Source: Cyanobacteria bacterium P01_D01_bin.156
GTDB taxonomy: Bacteria > Cyanobacteriota > Cyanobacteriia > Phormidesmidales > Phormidesmidaceae
Direction of reading: 5' to 3'
Length of the DNA: 64,000 nucleotides
Assembly (NCBI GenBank): GCA_039024555.1
Contig: JBCCQQ010000001.1
Coordinates: 256,001 to 320,000, forward strand
Positions within the stretch are counted from its first letter, which is position 1. Every line of letters begins with the position of its first letter. The position numbers and the translations under genes were made by a program. The notes beneath the pieces were generated by a model. It ran no database searches. It was not told the origin of the DNA and saw only the letters and a list, made by a program, of their open reading frames with translations. Positions 22,376-34,058 of the stretch are shown one piece after another.

Positions 22376-24097
22376 ATGCTCCGTCTCGAAAATATTAGTA
22401 AGGTCTATCCCACTGGAGAAGTACTGCGAGACGTCACCTGGGAAGTCAAACCTGGAAATCGCATCGGCCTAGTGGGGGTCAATGGTGCCGGTAAATCGAC
22501 CCAACTTAAAATCATCATGGGGGAGATTGAAGCGACCACTGGCCATGTCATTCGCCCCAGCGAGCTGCACATCGGCTACCTCAACCAGGAGTTTGAGGTC
22601 GATCCCCGTCACACTGTACGAGAAGAATTCTGGACTGTTTTTGAAGAAGCCAACGCAGTCCAACATCAGCTAGCAGAGATTCCCATACGCATGGAGTCTG
22701 CGGATCCAAACGAGTTAGAAAAACTTATCAAAGCTCTGGACCGCGAACAGCGAAAATTTGAGGCCCTCAATGGTTACGGCTTAGAGTCGAAAATTGAAAA
22801 GATTTTGCCCGACATGGGGTTTAACAACGATGATGGAGAACGACTGGTAAGCTCTTTCAGCGGTGGTTGGCAAATGCGTATGGGCCTAGGCAAAGTTATG
22901 CTCAAGGCACCTGACTTGCTGCTATTAGACGAGCCCACAAACCATCTAGACCTGGAAACCATTGAGTGGCTAGAAAATTACCTCAAAGGCCTGACCACAC
23001 CCATGGTGATTGTGTCCCATGACCGGGAGTTTTTAGATCGGCTATGCACCCAAATCGTCGAAACAGAACGAGGGGTATCCACCACTTATCTAGGCAACTA
23101 CAGTACCTATCTAGCCCAAAAGGCAGAGACCAAACTAGCCCAGCAAGCCACCTACGACCGACAGCAGAAAGAAATTGCAAAACAGCAAATCTTTGTCGAT
23201 CGTTTTCGCGCCAGTGCTACCCGTAGTACCCAAGCCAAGAGCCGTGAGAAGCAGCTGGAAAAAATAGAGCTAGTAGACGCTCCTATTTCTGATGTTAGAA
23301 CCTTGCAGTTTAAGTTTCCTCCTGCACCTCGCAGCGGGCGAGAAGTTGTTCAGATTAGCGATCTCACCCATACCTATGGGGACAATATTTTATTTTTAGG
23401 TGCAGAGCTTTTAATCGAACGGGGCGATCGTATTGCTTTTGTCGGTCCTAATGGCGCAGGAAAATCTACACTGCTACGCTTAATTATGGGATTAGAAACT
23501 CCCGATGAAGGCAACGCAACATTGGGTGACCACAATGTGATCCCAAGCTACTTCGAACAAAATCAGGCTGAAGCCTTAGATCTTGAAAAAACCGTTATAG
23601 CGACAATCCATGACGAAGTGCCCACGTGGAAAAACGAAGAAGTCCGGACTCTTTTAGGCCGGTTCTTATTTAGTGGTGACATGGTCAGTAAGTCCGTTAA
23701 GGCCCTGAGTGGTGGGGAAAAAGCCCGATTAGCTCTAGCTAAAATGTTACTTGCACCCGCCAACCTTATGATTTTAGATGAGCCCACCAATCATCTGGAC
23801 ATTCCTGCGAAGGAAATGCTGGAATCAGCATTGAAAGGATATGACGGCACAGTACTCATTGTTTCCCACGACCGATTTTTTATTTCCCAAGTGGCCAACA
23901 AAATTGTAGAAATTCGGGATGGTGAGCTTCGACTCTATCGCGGCGACTATAGCTACTATCTTGAGAAGATTGCTGAAGAAAAAGAACGAGCTAGGTTACA
24001 AAAACTAGAAGCTGAGCGAGCAGCAAAAACTGCCGCCAAACGTCAAAAGCAGAAAGAAAAACAAAAGGCAAAAGCGGCTACTAAAAAGAAAAAGTAG
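22376..24097 (+). CDS. ABC-F family ribosome-associated ATPase
   Basis: Two ABC cassettes (GVNGAGKST/FSGGW/LLDEPTNHLD and GPNGAGKST/LSGGE/ILDEPTNHLD); no TM segments; basic tail. Confidence 0.95.
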   Translation: MLRLENISKVYPTGEVLRDVTWEVKPGNRIGLVGVNGAGKSTQLKIIMGEIEATTGHVIRPSELHIGYLNQEFEVDPRHTVREEFWTVFEEANAVQHQLAEIPIRMESADPNELEKLIKALDREQRKFEALNGYGLESKIEKILPDMGFNNDDGERLVSSFSGGWQMRMGLGKVMLKAPDLLLLDEPTNHLDLETIEWLENYLKGLTTPMVIVSHDREFLDRLCTQIVETERGVSTTYLGNYSTYLAQKAETKLAQQATYDRQQKEIAKQQIFVDRFRASATRSTQAKSREKQLEKIELVDAPISDVRTLQFKFPPAPRSGREVVQISDLTHTYGDNILFLGAELLIERGDRIAFVGPNGAGKSTLLRLIMGLETPDEGNATLGDHNVIPSYFEQNQAEALDLEKTVIATIHDEVPTWKNEEVRTLLGRFLFSGDMVSKSVKALSGGEKARLALAKMLLAPANLMILDEPTNHLDIPAKEMLESALKGYDGTVLIVSHDRFFISQVANKIVEIRDGELRLYRGDYSYYLEKIAEEKERARLQKLEAERAAKTAAKRQKQKEKQKAKAATKKKK

Positions 24098-24622
24098 TTG
24101 CAACTTTTTAAGTATATAGACGGTTACTAAACCTTGATAGGTATTAATAACCAGGTAGTTTCAATGCTCCCGAAGCTTTTCTGAAGTTATAGTCATCATC
24201 AGCCATATTGTCGTAGTCTGACCGTAGATATACGGATTAGATTCAAGCTAGAGTAACATTCAAATCCTTTCTTCAGAGTCGTAATCATCTGAGAGAGCCC
24301 ATATTGGATGAGTGTAATTACTCATTGACTGACTCCAAATGAATACTCAATGGTAATAGTTAAGTTCGTAAGCTCATTATTCAGTTTTAGTTAGCAAAGC
24401 TTAGATTTAAGCTGTTTGAATTGTTTCAGTTTAAGTCTCAGGTCCCATGGACAACAGTATTCACTAGAGTCAAGCACACAACCTTTGGGTATTAGCTTTC
24501 CTGCATACCCTTGTCATAATATAAACGGCATTAAGAAAACCTTAAATATTTCAGAAAGCGAGTGATATGATCTCGCTAAGCAAAAGGCACAATCGTTCAC
24601 AATCGCAAGAGGAATCGTAAGT

Positions 24623-26221
24623 ATGGCAGAGGAGTCTGTTTCTCCAATGGTGCTTGTCATCCTAGATGGATGGGGGCATCGCGATGAGGACAACGGGAAT
24701 GCAATCAGCAATGCAAGGACACCTGTTATTGATAGCCTTTGGACAGCCTATCCCCACACTCTGATTCAGACATCAGGCCGACATGTCGGTTTACCTGAGG
24801 GCCAAATGGGTAACTCCGAAGTCGGTCATTTAAACATTGGCGCAGGTCGTATCGTGCCCCAGGAGCTTGTCCGTATTTCTGATGCCGTTGAAGATGGTTC
24901 CATTCAAGAGAACCCAGCCTTACTAGATGTATGTCAGAAGGTTCGCTATAACGGTGGCAAGCTTCATCTGATTGGTTTGTGCTCCGAAGGTGGAGTTCAC
25001 TCACACTTAAACCATTTGCTAGGTCTCTTGGATATGGCAAAGGTCCAAGATATCCAGGAGATTTGTATTCACGCGGTTACAGACGGACGTGATACTCAAC
25101 CTACCGCTGCCCCATCGGCTATTGAAAAAATCCAAAATCACCTTGATACCATCGGCGTTGGCCGTATCGTTACCCTGAGCGGCCGATACTATGCAATGGA
25201 TAGAGACCGCCGCTGGGATCGTGTTGAAAAAGTTTACAGAGTCATGACCAGCGCAGATGAAGGCAATGGGATGACTGCACTAGAGGCGGTACAGGCAGCT
25301 TACAGTGCCAACACTACAGATGAATTTATTGAGCCGGTACGGCTAGCACCTGGGGCCGTTGAAGCTAACGATGGTGTTGTATTTTTTAACTTCCGTCCCG
25401 ATCGTGCTCGTCAGTTAACTCAAGCATTTATGGAGACCGAGTTTACTGGGTTTGAGAGACAACAGCTGAAACCTCTACACTTTGTCACGATGACTCAGTA
25501 TGATTCAGCATTGTCAGCTCAGATTGCATTTGCGCCACAAAATCTCAGCAATATTCTTGGAGAAGTGGTTGCCAATTATGGTTTGAAACAGTTTCGTACT
25601 GCCGAAACTGAAAAATATGCCCATGTTACTTATTTCTTTAACGGTGGACGTGAAGACCCCTTTGATGGTGAGGAACGAGAACTCATTTCCAGTCCTCAGG
25701 TAGCGACCTATGACAAAGCGCCAGCCATGTCTGCTAAGGCGGTGACGGATACGGCGATTACTGCAGTAAATAAGAAAAAATATGGCCTAGTTGTCATCAA
25801 CTATGCCAACCCTGATATGGTTGGCCACACAGGCAATATGGATGCCACAATTCAGGCTCTAGAATCTGTTGATGTACAGCTAGGTCGTTTGTTAGATGCA
25901 GTCGGCCAGGCAGGTGGAACGACCATTATCATTGCAGATCACGGTAATGCTGAGTATATGTGGGACAAAGACGGTAATCCCTGGACTGCCCATACAACGA
26001 ATCCGGTACCGTTTATCTTAGTGGAAGGGGAGCGATTAAAAGTTCCGGGTCGTGGTGGTGATGTAGATCTACGCTCCGATGGATGTCTAGCGGATATTGC
26101 TCCCACAATTTTGGAGATTCTACAATTGCCTCAACCTCCAGAAATGACAGGTAAATCGATGCTCCAGCCTGCACGGGTGGATGTAAAACGCAATCGAACA
26201 CCGGTCAAGGTATCACTGTAG
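24623..26221 (+). CDS. gpmI: 2,3-bisphosphoglycerate-independent phosphoglycerate mutase
   Basis: ILDGWG, GQMGNSEVGH, GRYYAMDRD, ETEKYAHVT, NPDMVGHTG, ADHGN. Confidence 0.99.
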   Translation: MAEESVSPMVLVILDGWGHRDEDNGNAISNARTPVIDSLWTAYPHTLIQTSGRHVGLPEGQMGNSEVGHLNIGAGRIVPQELVRISDAVEDGSIQENPALLDVCQKVRYNGGKLHLIGLCSEGGVHSHLNHLLGLLDMAKVQDIQEICIHAVTDGRDTQPTAAPSAIEKIQNHLDTIGVGRIVTLSGRYYAMDRDRRWDRVEKVYRVMTSADEGNGMTALEAVQAAYSANTTDEFIEPVRLAPGAVEANDGVVFFNFRPDRARQLTQAFMETEFTGFERQQLKPLHFVTMTQYDSALSAQIAFAPQNLSNILGEVVANYGLKQFRTAETEKYAHVTYFFNGGREDPFDGEERELISSPQVATYDKAPAMSAKAVTDTAITAVNKKKYGLVVINYANPDMVGHTGNMDATIQALESVDVQLGRLLDAVGQAGGTTIIIADHGNAEYMWDKDGNPWTAHTTNPVPFILVEGERLKVPGRGGDVDLRSDGCLADIAPTILEILQLPQPPEMTGKSMLQPARVDVKRNRTPVKVSL

Positions 26222-26383
26222 GGTACTTAACCCTGTTGAATGGTCCTACCAGGGGAAGGTCAACAATCTGGGTCGCCATGGCATCCTCCCCTGAGGTAGG
26301 ATAGGTTGGCACTAACGTTCGTGGGTAGTAGCCCTCAAAGTTGGTAGTTATTAAAGCAAGAATAGTCGGGCTGAAAATTTGCA

Positions 26384-26731
26384 ATGGTAGTGTCGGTTTT
26401 GCAGGTGGTATGGCTAGTGTCTGCCATTGGGTTAATTATTTTAGTGCTATTTCACAGCCCTAAGGGGGATGGTCTAGGTGCTTTAGGTGGTCAAGCTCAG
26501 ATGTTTACCAGTACCAAAAGTGCTGAAACAGCCTTAAATCGAGCAACCTGGCTGCTTACTATTCTCTTTATGGGAATTACGGTGATCTTGAGTGCAGGTT
26601 GGTTGGATAATCCCATCGCCGAGCTTCCAACACCTGTGGATACGGTACCCATTGAAGAAACAGCACCTGCTGTACAAACGGTCCCATCTGATTTAACTGC
26701 CCCTGAGACGTCTGGAGAAACCGCTGAATAG
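26384..26731 (+). CDS. secG: Preprotein translocase subunit SecG with C-terminal extension
   Basis: LVLFHSPKGDGLG..GGQAQMF.S.KSAE..LNR.TW; conserved position after gpmI. Confidence 0.95.
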   Translation: MVVSVLQVVWLVSAIGLIILVLFHSPKGDGLGALGGQAQMFTSTKSAETALNRATWLLTILFMGITVILSAGWLDNPIAELPTPVDTVPIEETAPAVQTVPSDLTAPETSGETAE

Positions 26732-26761
26732 TCAACGCTTTTTCTACTCTGCCACTCATCA

Positions 26762-26814
26762 CATATAGAGCGAAGCGGCACCCAGATTATTTGGGTGCCG
26801 CTTCGCTCTATATG
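26762..26814. repeat. Long inverted repeat 1 (25-bp arms, TTA loop)
   Basis: CATATAGAGCGAAGCGGCACCCAGA-TTA-TTTGGGTGCCGCTTCGCTCTATATG; one G-T pair. Confidence 0.9.
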
Positions 26815-26822
26815 GTGGAAAA

Positions 26823-26875
26823 AGTCTGATTTCTCAAGGGGCTACATAGAATGTATCCCCTTGAGAAATCAGACT
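26823..26875. repeat. Long inverted repeat 2 (25-bp arms, AGA loop)
   Basis: AGTCTGATTTCTCAAGGGGCTACAT-AGA-ATGTATCCCCTTGAGAAATCAGACT; one mismatch. Confidence 0.9.
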
Positions 26876-26878
26876 GAC

Positions 26879-28876
26879 TTAGAGTGATTTAGCACGAGCT
26901 ACTACATTCTCAACGGTGTAGCCAAACTCTTGCATAATGCGACCACCGGGGGCAGAAGCACCAAAACCAGGCACGCTGATCATGTCACCTTCAGCACCGT
27001 AGTACTTGCCCCAGCCCATCTCAATCCCAGCTTCTACGACAAGGCGTTTGGTCACTGATTTGGGTAGAACAGATTCCTTATAGGCTGCATCTTGGGCTTC
27101 AAATAGTTCCCAACAGGGCATTGAAACCACACGCACTTTCTTGCCTGCGGCACGCAGCTCTTTCGCGGCATCGAGGCAAAGGGTAACTTCACTACCAGTG
27201 CCGATCAAAATCAGCTCAGCACCATCTTCATCAGAAATGATGTAAGCACCCTTAGCCACACTATCGATGGAACTACCCTCTAGCTGAGGTAGGTTCTGAC
27301 GGGAGAAGGCCATCAGCGTGGGAGTTTTGCGGCTTGCGACTGCAACCTTGTACGCACCAGACGTTTCATTGCCATCTGCCGGGCGAATCACATAAAGGTT
27401 AGGAATTGCTCGCAGAGACGCAATGGTTTCCACTGGCTGGTGGGTAGGGCCATCTTCACCTAAAGCGATGGAATCATGGGTCATCACATATAGAACACCC
27501 GCCTGGGATAGGGCCGATAGCCGAATGGCAGCACGCATATAGTCAGCGAAGACTAGGAAGGTAGCACAGTAGGGAATTAAACCGGAGTTGTGCAGAGCAA
27601 TGCCGTTACATATGGCACCCATCCCGTGCTCTCGCACGCCGAAACGCAGATTGCGGTTTTCGTAGGCACCCTTCTGGAAGTCGCCAGAAATCTTCATGAG
27701 GGTGTTGTTGGACTTAGCCAGGTCTGCGGAACCACCTACCAATTCAGGTAGCGCAGGAGCTAAGGCGTTCAATGTAGCCTCAGATGTTTTGCGAGTGGCA
27801 ATGGCTTTATCACCAGGGGCATAGGTGGGCAGTGCATCCGCCCAGTTAGAGGGCAGTTCACCCGTCAACATGCGCTCGAATTCAGCCGCTTCAGCTGCAT
27901 ACTTAGTGCGATAAGTGGCCAGGGTCTGATTCCATTCAGCTTCAGCGCTTGCACCTTTCTCCACAGCCTGACGGAAGCGACCTAGAACATCCTCAGGAAC
28001 TTCAAACGGCGCGTGCTCCCAGCCTAGGTTCTTACGGGTTAGGTCAATTTCTGTGTCACCTAGAGCCGCACCGTGTACACCAGAGGTGTCAGCCATATTG
28101 GGAGAACCATAACCAATGGTGGTGGTCACCTTGATCATGGTGGGCTTATCGGTGACTTTCTTAGCTTCTTCAATAGCGGCTGCGATCGCAGTCAAGTCAG
28201 TATTACCATCTTCCACATGGAGCACATGCCAGCCATAGGCTTCAAAGCGCTTGCTGACATCTTCAGTGAAAGCAATATCAGTAGAGCCATCAATAGAAAT
28301 ATGGTTATCGTCGTAAAGGGCAATGAGTTTACCCAGACCCAGGTGACCCGCTAGAGAACATGCCTCACCAGAAACGCCCTCCATATTGCAACCATCACCC
28401 AGGATGACATAGGTGTAATGATCCACCAACGTACAGTCAGGCTTATTGAAGCGAGCAGCCAGGTGGGCTTCAGCCATAGCTAGGCCAACACCATTACAAA
28501 TACCCTGACCTAAAGGACCTGTCGTGACCTCAACGCCGGGAGTTTCAAAATTTTCAGGGTGCCCAGGAGTGGTTGCGCCCCACTGACGGAAGTTCTTGAT
28601 ATCCTCAATCTTGACACTGTCATAACCAGTAAGATGAAGCAGTGCATACTGCAACATACAACCGTGGCCAGCAGACAGGACAAAACGATCCCGGTTAAAC
28701 CACTGAGGATTCTTAGGATTGAACTGCATAAATTGGTCCCATAGGACAAACGCCATGGGCGCTGCCCCCATGGGTAGACCAGGGTGACCAGATTTAGCCT
28801 TTTCAACAGCATCAATTGCCAAAAACCGAATGGCATTTATGCACTGCGTTTCAAGAGATTGGGTTGCGACAGCCAT
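26879..28876 (-). CDS. tkt: Transketolase
   Basis: [43 protein letters not shown]. Confidence 0.99.
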   Translation of the reverse strand: MAVATQSLETQCINAIRFLAIDAVEKAKSGHPGLPMGAAPMAFVLWDQFMQFNPKNPQWFNRDRFVLSAGHGCMLQYALLHLTGYDSVKIEDIKNFRQWGATTPGHPENFETPGVEVTTGPLGQGICNGVGLAMAEAHLAARFNKPDCTLVDHYTYVILGDGCNMEGVSGEACSLAGHLGLGKLIALYDDNHISIDGSTDIAFTEDVSKRFEAYGWHVLHVEDGNTDLTAIAAAIEEAKKVTDKPTMIKVTTTIGYGSPNMADTSGVHGAALGDTEIDLTRKNLGWEHAPFEVPEDVLGRFRQAVEKGASAEAEWNQTLATYRTKYAAEAAEFERMLTGELPSNWADALPTYAPGDKAIATRKTSEATLNALAPALPELVGGSADLAKSNNTLMKISGDFQKGAYENRNLRFGVREHGMGAICNGIALHNSGLIPYCATFLVFADYMRAAIRLSALSQAGVLYVMTHDSIALGEDGPTHQPVETIASLRAIPNLYVIRPADGNETSGAYKVAVASRKTPTLMAFSRQNLPQLEGSSIDSVAKGAYIISDEDGAELILIGTGSEVTLCLDAAKELRAAGKKVRVVSMPCWELFEAQDAAYKESVLPKSVTKRLVVEAGIEMGWGKYYGAEGDMISVPGFGASAPGGRIMQEFGYTVENVVARAKSL

Positions 28877-29420
28877 AGTTTTCCAAGTAGTTAACGACGG
28901 TACAGTCTAGGTGTGAAAAGCAGAGGAACGAACCTTTGCTAATGGTGATGGCGGTTAGCAGCCAAAACCAAACGCCTCCAGCCCAAAAGGGCTCATGATA
29001 GGCATTCATTTAAGCGGCGTTGCTGACTCGGTGTGGCTTTGTCCATAAGGCTCTGTGAATTCCAGGCTATACAAACCAGTTCATTTCCCAGAACAGCAAC
29101 AGCATCTAAGCAACTATGGAGATAACGGCAAAAGGCCCTAAAACCTCCATAGCTCTGTGGAAAAAGAGTCCACAGACAACAGTTTGGAGAAGGCAATAGT
29201 CACTCACCTACCAACGTCAGCTGCCAAAAGATATTCATTGATGAATATCTACCAAACAACTGGGTCAAAGGAAAGATGCTGGCCTAAGCCCATACCGCAG
29301 CTATCGAGAACATCTACTATATGTAGAATGAATCAATAGATTAAGTTACCTAATAACAGGCAAACTTTTCGTTTTACTTAATGTTTTCCGTTAGGTCATT
29401 ATACCTATCAAGCTGTAGCA

Positions 29421-30686
29421 CTAGCTACGATACTTGCGAAAAACTAAGGTGACATTATGACCACCAAAGCCAAAAGAATTAGACATTGCCACATCTACTA
29501 TTTGGGCGCGACTTTGGTTTGGCACGTAGTCTAAATCACAATCAGCATCAGGTTCCTGCAAGTTGATTGTGGGCGGTACATGATCGTTTGCCACCGCCAT
29601 ACAGGTGGCTACACCTTCAATTCCCCCAGAGCCACCTAACAGATGCCCCGTCATAGATTTAGTGGAACTAATGGCAACCTTTTTAGCGTGTTCTCCTAAA
29701 GCCGTTTTAATAGCAGCTGTTTCAGTTGGGTCATTAGCAGGAGTGCTGGTACCGTGAGCATTAACATAACTCACTTCCGATGGAGCTATGCCAGCATCTT
29801 TAAGTGCTAGCGACATGGAGCGTGCGGCTCCTGCACCACCCGGTACAGGGGCAGTCATATGATAAGCATCACAGGTCATGCCATATCCAACCATCTCTCC
29901 ATAGATGCGAGCACCACGGCTCAAGGCATGTTCTAACTCCTCTAGAATTAGGACACCGGCACCTTCACCCATCACGAATCCGTCTCGATCTTTATCAAAA
30001 GGGCGACTAGCGTGGTCAGGGTCGTCATTACGAGTCGACAGTGCTCTCGCTGAAGCAAACCCGGCAAAGGATAGAGGAGTGATAGCGGCTTCTGTACCAC
30101 CGCAAATCATGGCCTGAGCATAGCCATTTTGAACAATGCGAAACGCATCGCCGATGGCATTAGAACCGGCAGCACAAGCCGTAACAGCACAGGAGTTAGG
30201 TCCTTTAGCGCCTGTGTGGATGGCTGTTAATCCTGCCGCCATATTGGCGATCATCATTGGCACCATAAAGGGGCTACAGCGACTGGGCCCCTTATTTAGG
30301 TAAACAGTCTGCTGTTCTTCCATCACCTTGAGACCGCCTACACCCGTGCCAATCATGACACCCACTTGCTCTGCGTTGAGATCAGTGATAGTTAGCTGGG
30401 CATCGACTAGGGCCTGTTTACTAGCTGCGATCGCAAACTGAGCAAACCGGTCGGTCCGTTTCGCATCCTTAGCATCCATATATTCTAGTGGGTCAAACCC
30501 TTTGACCTCACCAGCAATACGGCACTTATGCTTTGACGCATCAAAAAATGTGATCGGGCCAATGCCACTCTTACCAGCTAACAATCCTTGCCAGTAGGCT
30601 TCTAAGGTATTACCGATGGGAGTTAGCGCACCCATCCCTGTAATCACAACGCGTTTTTTGTCAGTACTTGTCATGGTCATCGACAC
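29421..30686 (-). CDS. fabF: Beta-ketoacyl-ACP synthase II
   Basis: TACAAG (catalytic Cys), NAHGTST, STKSMTGHLLG, SNSFGFGGHN. Confidence 0.98.
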   Translation of the reverse strand: MSMTMTSTDKKRVVITGMGALTPIGNTLEAYWQGLLAGKSGIGPITFFDASKHKCRIAGEVKGFDPLEYMDAKDAKRTDRFAQFAIAASKQALVDAQLTITDLNAEQVGVMIGTGVGGLKVMEEQQTVYLNKGPSRCSPFMVPMMIANMAAGLTAIHTGAKGPNSCAVTACAAGSNAIGDAFRIVQNGYAQAMICGGTEAAITPLSFAGFASARALSTRNDDPDHASRPFDKDRDGFVMGEGAGVLILEELEHALSRGARIYGEMVGYGMTCDAYHMTAPVPGGAGAARSMSLALKDAGIAPSEVSYVNAHGTSTPANDPTETAAIKTALGEHAKKVAISSTKSMTGHLLGGSGGIEGVATCMAVANDHVPPTINLQEPDADCDLDYVPNQSRAQIVDVAMSNSFGFGGHNVTLVFRKYRS

Positions 30687-30741
30687 AAGGGGAAGGGTCC
30701 CAAGGCATTAAAAAACAGATTTTCAAACAACATAGAAGGGC

Positions 30742-30984
30742 TTAAGCTGCCGACTTCTTCTGAATAAAGTCAACTGCTGCTTGAACTGTCCCAATGGACT
30801 CAGCTGCCTCATCTGGAATCTCAATATCAAATTCTTCTTCAAGTGCCATAACCAACTCCACAGTGTCTAGGGAGTCGGCACCTAAGTCATTAGCAAAGCT
30901 TGCCTCGGCCTTTACTTCGGCCACATCTACACCAAGCTGCTCGGATACAATTTTTTGAACTTTTCCCAAAATGTCGTCAGCCAT
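30742..30984 (-). CDS. acpP: Acyl carrier protein
   Basis: [20 protein letters not shown]. Confidence 0.99.
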   Translation of the reverse strand: MADDILGKVQKIVSEQLGVDVAEVKAEASFANDLGADSLDTVELVMALEEEFDIEIPDEAAESIGTVQAAVDFIQKKSAA

Positions 30985-31495
30985 AATCTCCTAATTTCCT
31001 TTTCAGCCGCAGCAAAAAACAGGTGCTAAATCCAAACTCGGAACTCTCCAGAACGGCAAATCATCCAGCAGGATTTAGACATTTTTTCATCTTATAGGAA
31101 AGCGTGCGTCCTACATGGAAACCCAGCCGCTACATTTAGCTGCGTTGAGAGCATGTGCAAGTAAAACCTTAGAAAACAAATTAGAGGTCACCCCTTACTC
31201 CACTTCCTGATCATTTTCGATTATCCAGCGGTGCTTCAATAGTGTGAATAGAGATACCCACAGAACATGGAGAAGGGTTTATTACAATCCATAAACTTTT
31301 TAGATGTTGCTCCGTTCGCAAAAAACGGCACTGATAGACTGAAACTTGATTGGAGAACTCTTTTGGCTAGTTTTGACTAATGTAACTGAATCTTCATTAG
31401 AGACCATTGAGATCTATTTTGGATGCTTTTGTCTTTTATGGGTTAGTACATGGGGTTATGAGCCAAACCGCTATATAGCTGAAACCGTTTAATAA

Positions 31496-31759
<264 letters not shown>

Positions 31760-31797
31760 CTATTAATTTGATAGCAATTTTCACTCGAAACGTTTAC

Positions 31798-31832
31798 ATA
31801 CTCTTGGCCCTCTGGGCTAAGAGTATTTTTTT
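31798..31832 (+). terminator. Terminator after psaC
   Basis: ATACTCTTGGCCC-tct-GGGCTAAGAGTAT followed by a T run. Confidence 0.8.
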
Positions 31833-31921
31833 ATGAATGCTCCTGGGAATGATTATGAACTACAGCTTGGCGCATATAGTCCAAAACATCAGTGAGCGCT
31901 AAAAGCATTAAATAGCAGCAT

Positions 31922-32827
31922 CTATGTGCGCAGGGCAAATTTGCGTACAGCCACCAAGCTACCTAAGAGACCCACTAAGCTGCCTAATATGAATAGCGCA
32001 GCTGGCAGAAGCAACATTTGTTTAGGCGTAAACTGCAGCCCCACCGACAAGAACTGTAAAAACTCCGGCTGCTGGGCTGATAATCGCTGCAGCGATTGGT
32101 GGGTACCCACCAGTAATGCCCAAGCAACAAATGCCCCTGCCACCCCAAAGGTAATGCCCTGCAAAATAAAAGGCATATATATCCAGACGGATGTAGCACC
32201 CACAAGCTGCATAACCTCAATTTCTCGACGTCGCGCCATTACGATCAGGCGGATAGTGGTGGTGATGACAGCGATCGCAGTTAGGCTCAGGATAGCTAAT
32301 ACCCCTACGCTAACGTAGCGTAATCCTTGATTCAGCTCCGTCAAACGCTGAACGGCCTCTGTAATGTATAGAACCTCATCCACACCAGCTAAGCTTTCTA
32401 ACTGGCTAGCCACCATGGGTACCGAGTCCGAAGCAGTCACTTTAACCTTGATTTCGTCGACTAATGGATTGCCTTTGAGTTGTTCTGTGGCTCCTGCAAT
32501 GTCCGTAATCCCCAGCTCTTCACTAAGGTTAGCCCAGGCTTCTTCCTTAGAAACCGTAACCACATCGGCTACTTCAGCAAAATTAAGGATGCGATCGCTT
32601 AAGCTCTCAGCAGTCACCCCGCTTTCTAAATAAACGGCAATTTCCAATTGACTACCAAACTGATTTAGCAAGCTCTCGACCTGCCAAGTTGCTTGCAGAC
32701 TCATGCCAAAGAGAAATAGGAGCACCATAATCGTGCTGACCGCCGCCCAGTTCATCCAACCACCACGCTGGAGACCTAAAAACGTTTCTCGTAGTAAATA
32801 ACTGGCCTTCGTAAAAAACTTCCCCAT
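31922..32827 (-). CDS. ftsX: Cell division permease FtsX
   Basis: NPL motif; ITTTIRLIVMARRREIEVMQLVGAT..WI..PF; four TM segments. Confidence 0.93.
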   Translation of the reverse strand: MGKFFTKASYLLRETFLGLQRGGWMNWAAVSTIMVLLFLFGMSLQATWQVESLLNQFGSQLEIAVYLESGVTAESLSDRILNFAEVADVVTVSKEEAWANLSEELGITDIAGATEQLKGNPLVDEIKVKVTASDSVPMVASQLESLAGVDEVLYITEAVQRLTELNQGLRYVSVGVLAILSLTAIAVITTTIRLIVMARRREIEVMQLVGATSVWIYMPFILQGITFGVAGAFVAWALLVGTHQSLQRLSAQQPEFLQFLSVGLQFTPKQMLLLPAALFILGSLVGLLGSLVAVRKFALRT

Positions 32828-32894
32828 ACCGGTTTCCAGGATGTGCTAGTTGCTAGGATAGACACATAGATTTATCAGCCTAATCAATTTAATC

Positions 32895-33452
32895 GTGGGT
32901 ATTTCAGTCAGCAAGGAAAAGTTAAAGAAACCACCTCTAGAACTTCACTATTTAGGTGATCGAGTACTGCGCAAGGCAACTAAGCGGGTAGCCAAAGTAG
33001 ATGATGGCATTCGTGAACTGGCCTACAAGATGCTGCAGACCATGTATAGCGAGGATGGCATTGGTTTAGCTGCTCCTCAGATCGGTATCCATAAACAAAT
33101 TTTAGTGGTGGATACTGACCCTGAAGAAGCCGCTAACCAGCCATTGATACTGATCAACCCCAAAATCATTCGCAACAGCAAAGAAATGGCCTGTGGGCAG
33201 GAAGGTTGCTTAAGTATCCCCGGCGTATTTTTAGATGTGATTCGCCCCGCAGCTATTGAAGTCAGCTACAAGGACGACAATGGTCGCCCTCAAAAAATAA
33301 AGGCCGCTGATCTACTAGCGCGCGTTATCCAACACGAAATGGATCATCTCAATGGGGTGATGTTTGTAGATCGGGTGGATAATGCGATCGCCCTGGCCCA
33401 AGAGCTACAAAAGGGCGGCTTTTCCACAAATGATGTCAAAAAGGTTGCTTAA
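32895..33452 (+). CDS. def: Peptide deformylase
   Basis: GIGLAAPQ, EGCLS, QHEMDHL. Confidence 0.98.
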   Translation: MGISVSKEKLKKPPLELHYLGDRVLRKATKRVAKVDDGIRELAYKMLQTMYSEDGIGLAAPQIGIHKQILVVDTDPEEAANQPLILINPKIIRNSKEMACGQEGCLSIPGVFLDVIRPAAIEVSYKDDNGRPQKIKAADLLARVIQHEMDHLNGVMFVDRVDNAIALAQELQKGGFSTNDVKKVA

Positions 33453-33541
33453 CGCATTTAGATGGCTCTAGCTTAGTTAGTAGGGCTACGGCTTTTGGTC
33501 AAAAGCTGCTAACAACTTATTTTTTACATCAGGATAATACT

Positions 33542-33742
33542 GTGACTCCCAAAAGTGGTTTATTTCTTGCCGGTACTTGCATTGCCGCTATTGCTGGCGT
33601 TGGTTCTGTCTTTGAAATTTCTTCAGGCGACCCAGACCTAGGTATGCTGCCCACGAGTATTGTTTTAGCCCTCAGCATTCCAATCACGGTCATTTTCTTT
33701 ATGGCGGCTGTCAAGGATACAAAGGAAAACCAGCAGTGGTAG
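33542..33742 (+). CDS. Small two-TM cyanobacterial membrane protein
   Basis: 66 aa with CIAAIAGVGSVFE and two hydrophobic segments; AGGA RBS before GTG; follows def. Confidence 0.75.
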   Translation: MTPKSGLFLAGTCIAAIAGVGSVFEISSGDPDLGMLPTSIVLALSIPITVIFFMAAVKDTKENQQW

Positions 33743-33963
33743 TTTGGGGCATCTGGGGTCAGAAAGGATATCGCCGTTGCTGATTGAGGGGATGACACGA
33801 TCTGCAGCACTGACTAGTTGCCTGGATATGTATGTGACTGGGTTCGGAAGTCAGAAATGAAAATCTTCTTTATTTATTGGCTTCAGATTCTAAACACCAA
33901 AGTCATTTGGTACTTTAAGTGTTCAGCATGATCGAGCCCCTCTTGGGGAGTGGAAGTTGGTAG

Positions 33964-33981
33964 AATGTAAAGGAATGTATC
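33964..33981 (-). promoter_or_regulatory. HLR1 (RpaB)-like direct repeat
   Basis: Reverse complement GATACATT-cc-TTTACATT versus the (G/T)TTACA(T/A)(T/A)-N2 repeat consensus. Confidence 0.5.
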
Positions 33982-34058
33982 GCTTCTAAGCTCTTACCCA
34001 CTGTCTTTGGACAGATAAGCTAGTGGCGCTGCTGCTATTTGTGTCTCCGCTTTCCTCT

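Noticed and set aside
26762..26875. Tandem hairpins as a mini-CRISPR or REP cluster
   Set aside because: The two hairpins share no sequence, there is no repeat-spacer pattern, and no cas or REP transposase gene is nearby.
28993..29339. Short ORFs between fabF and tkt
   Set aside because: No RBS or motifs; more likely the tkt promoter and leader.
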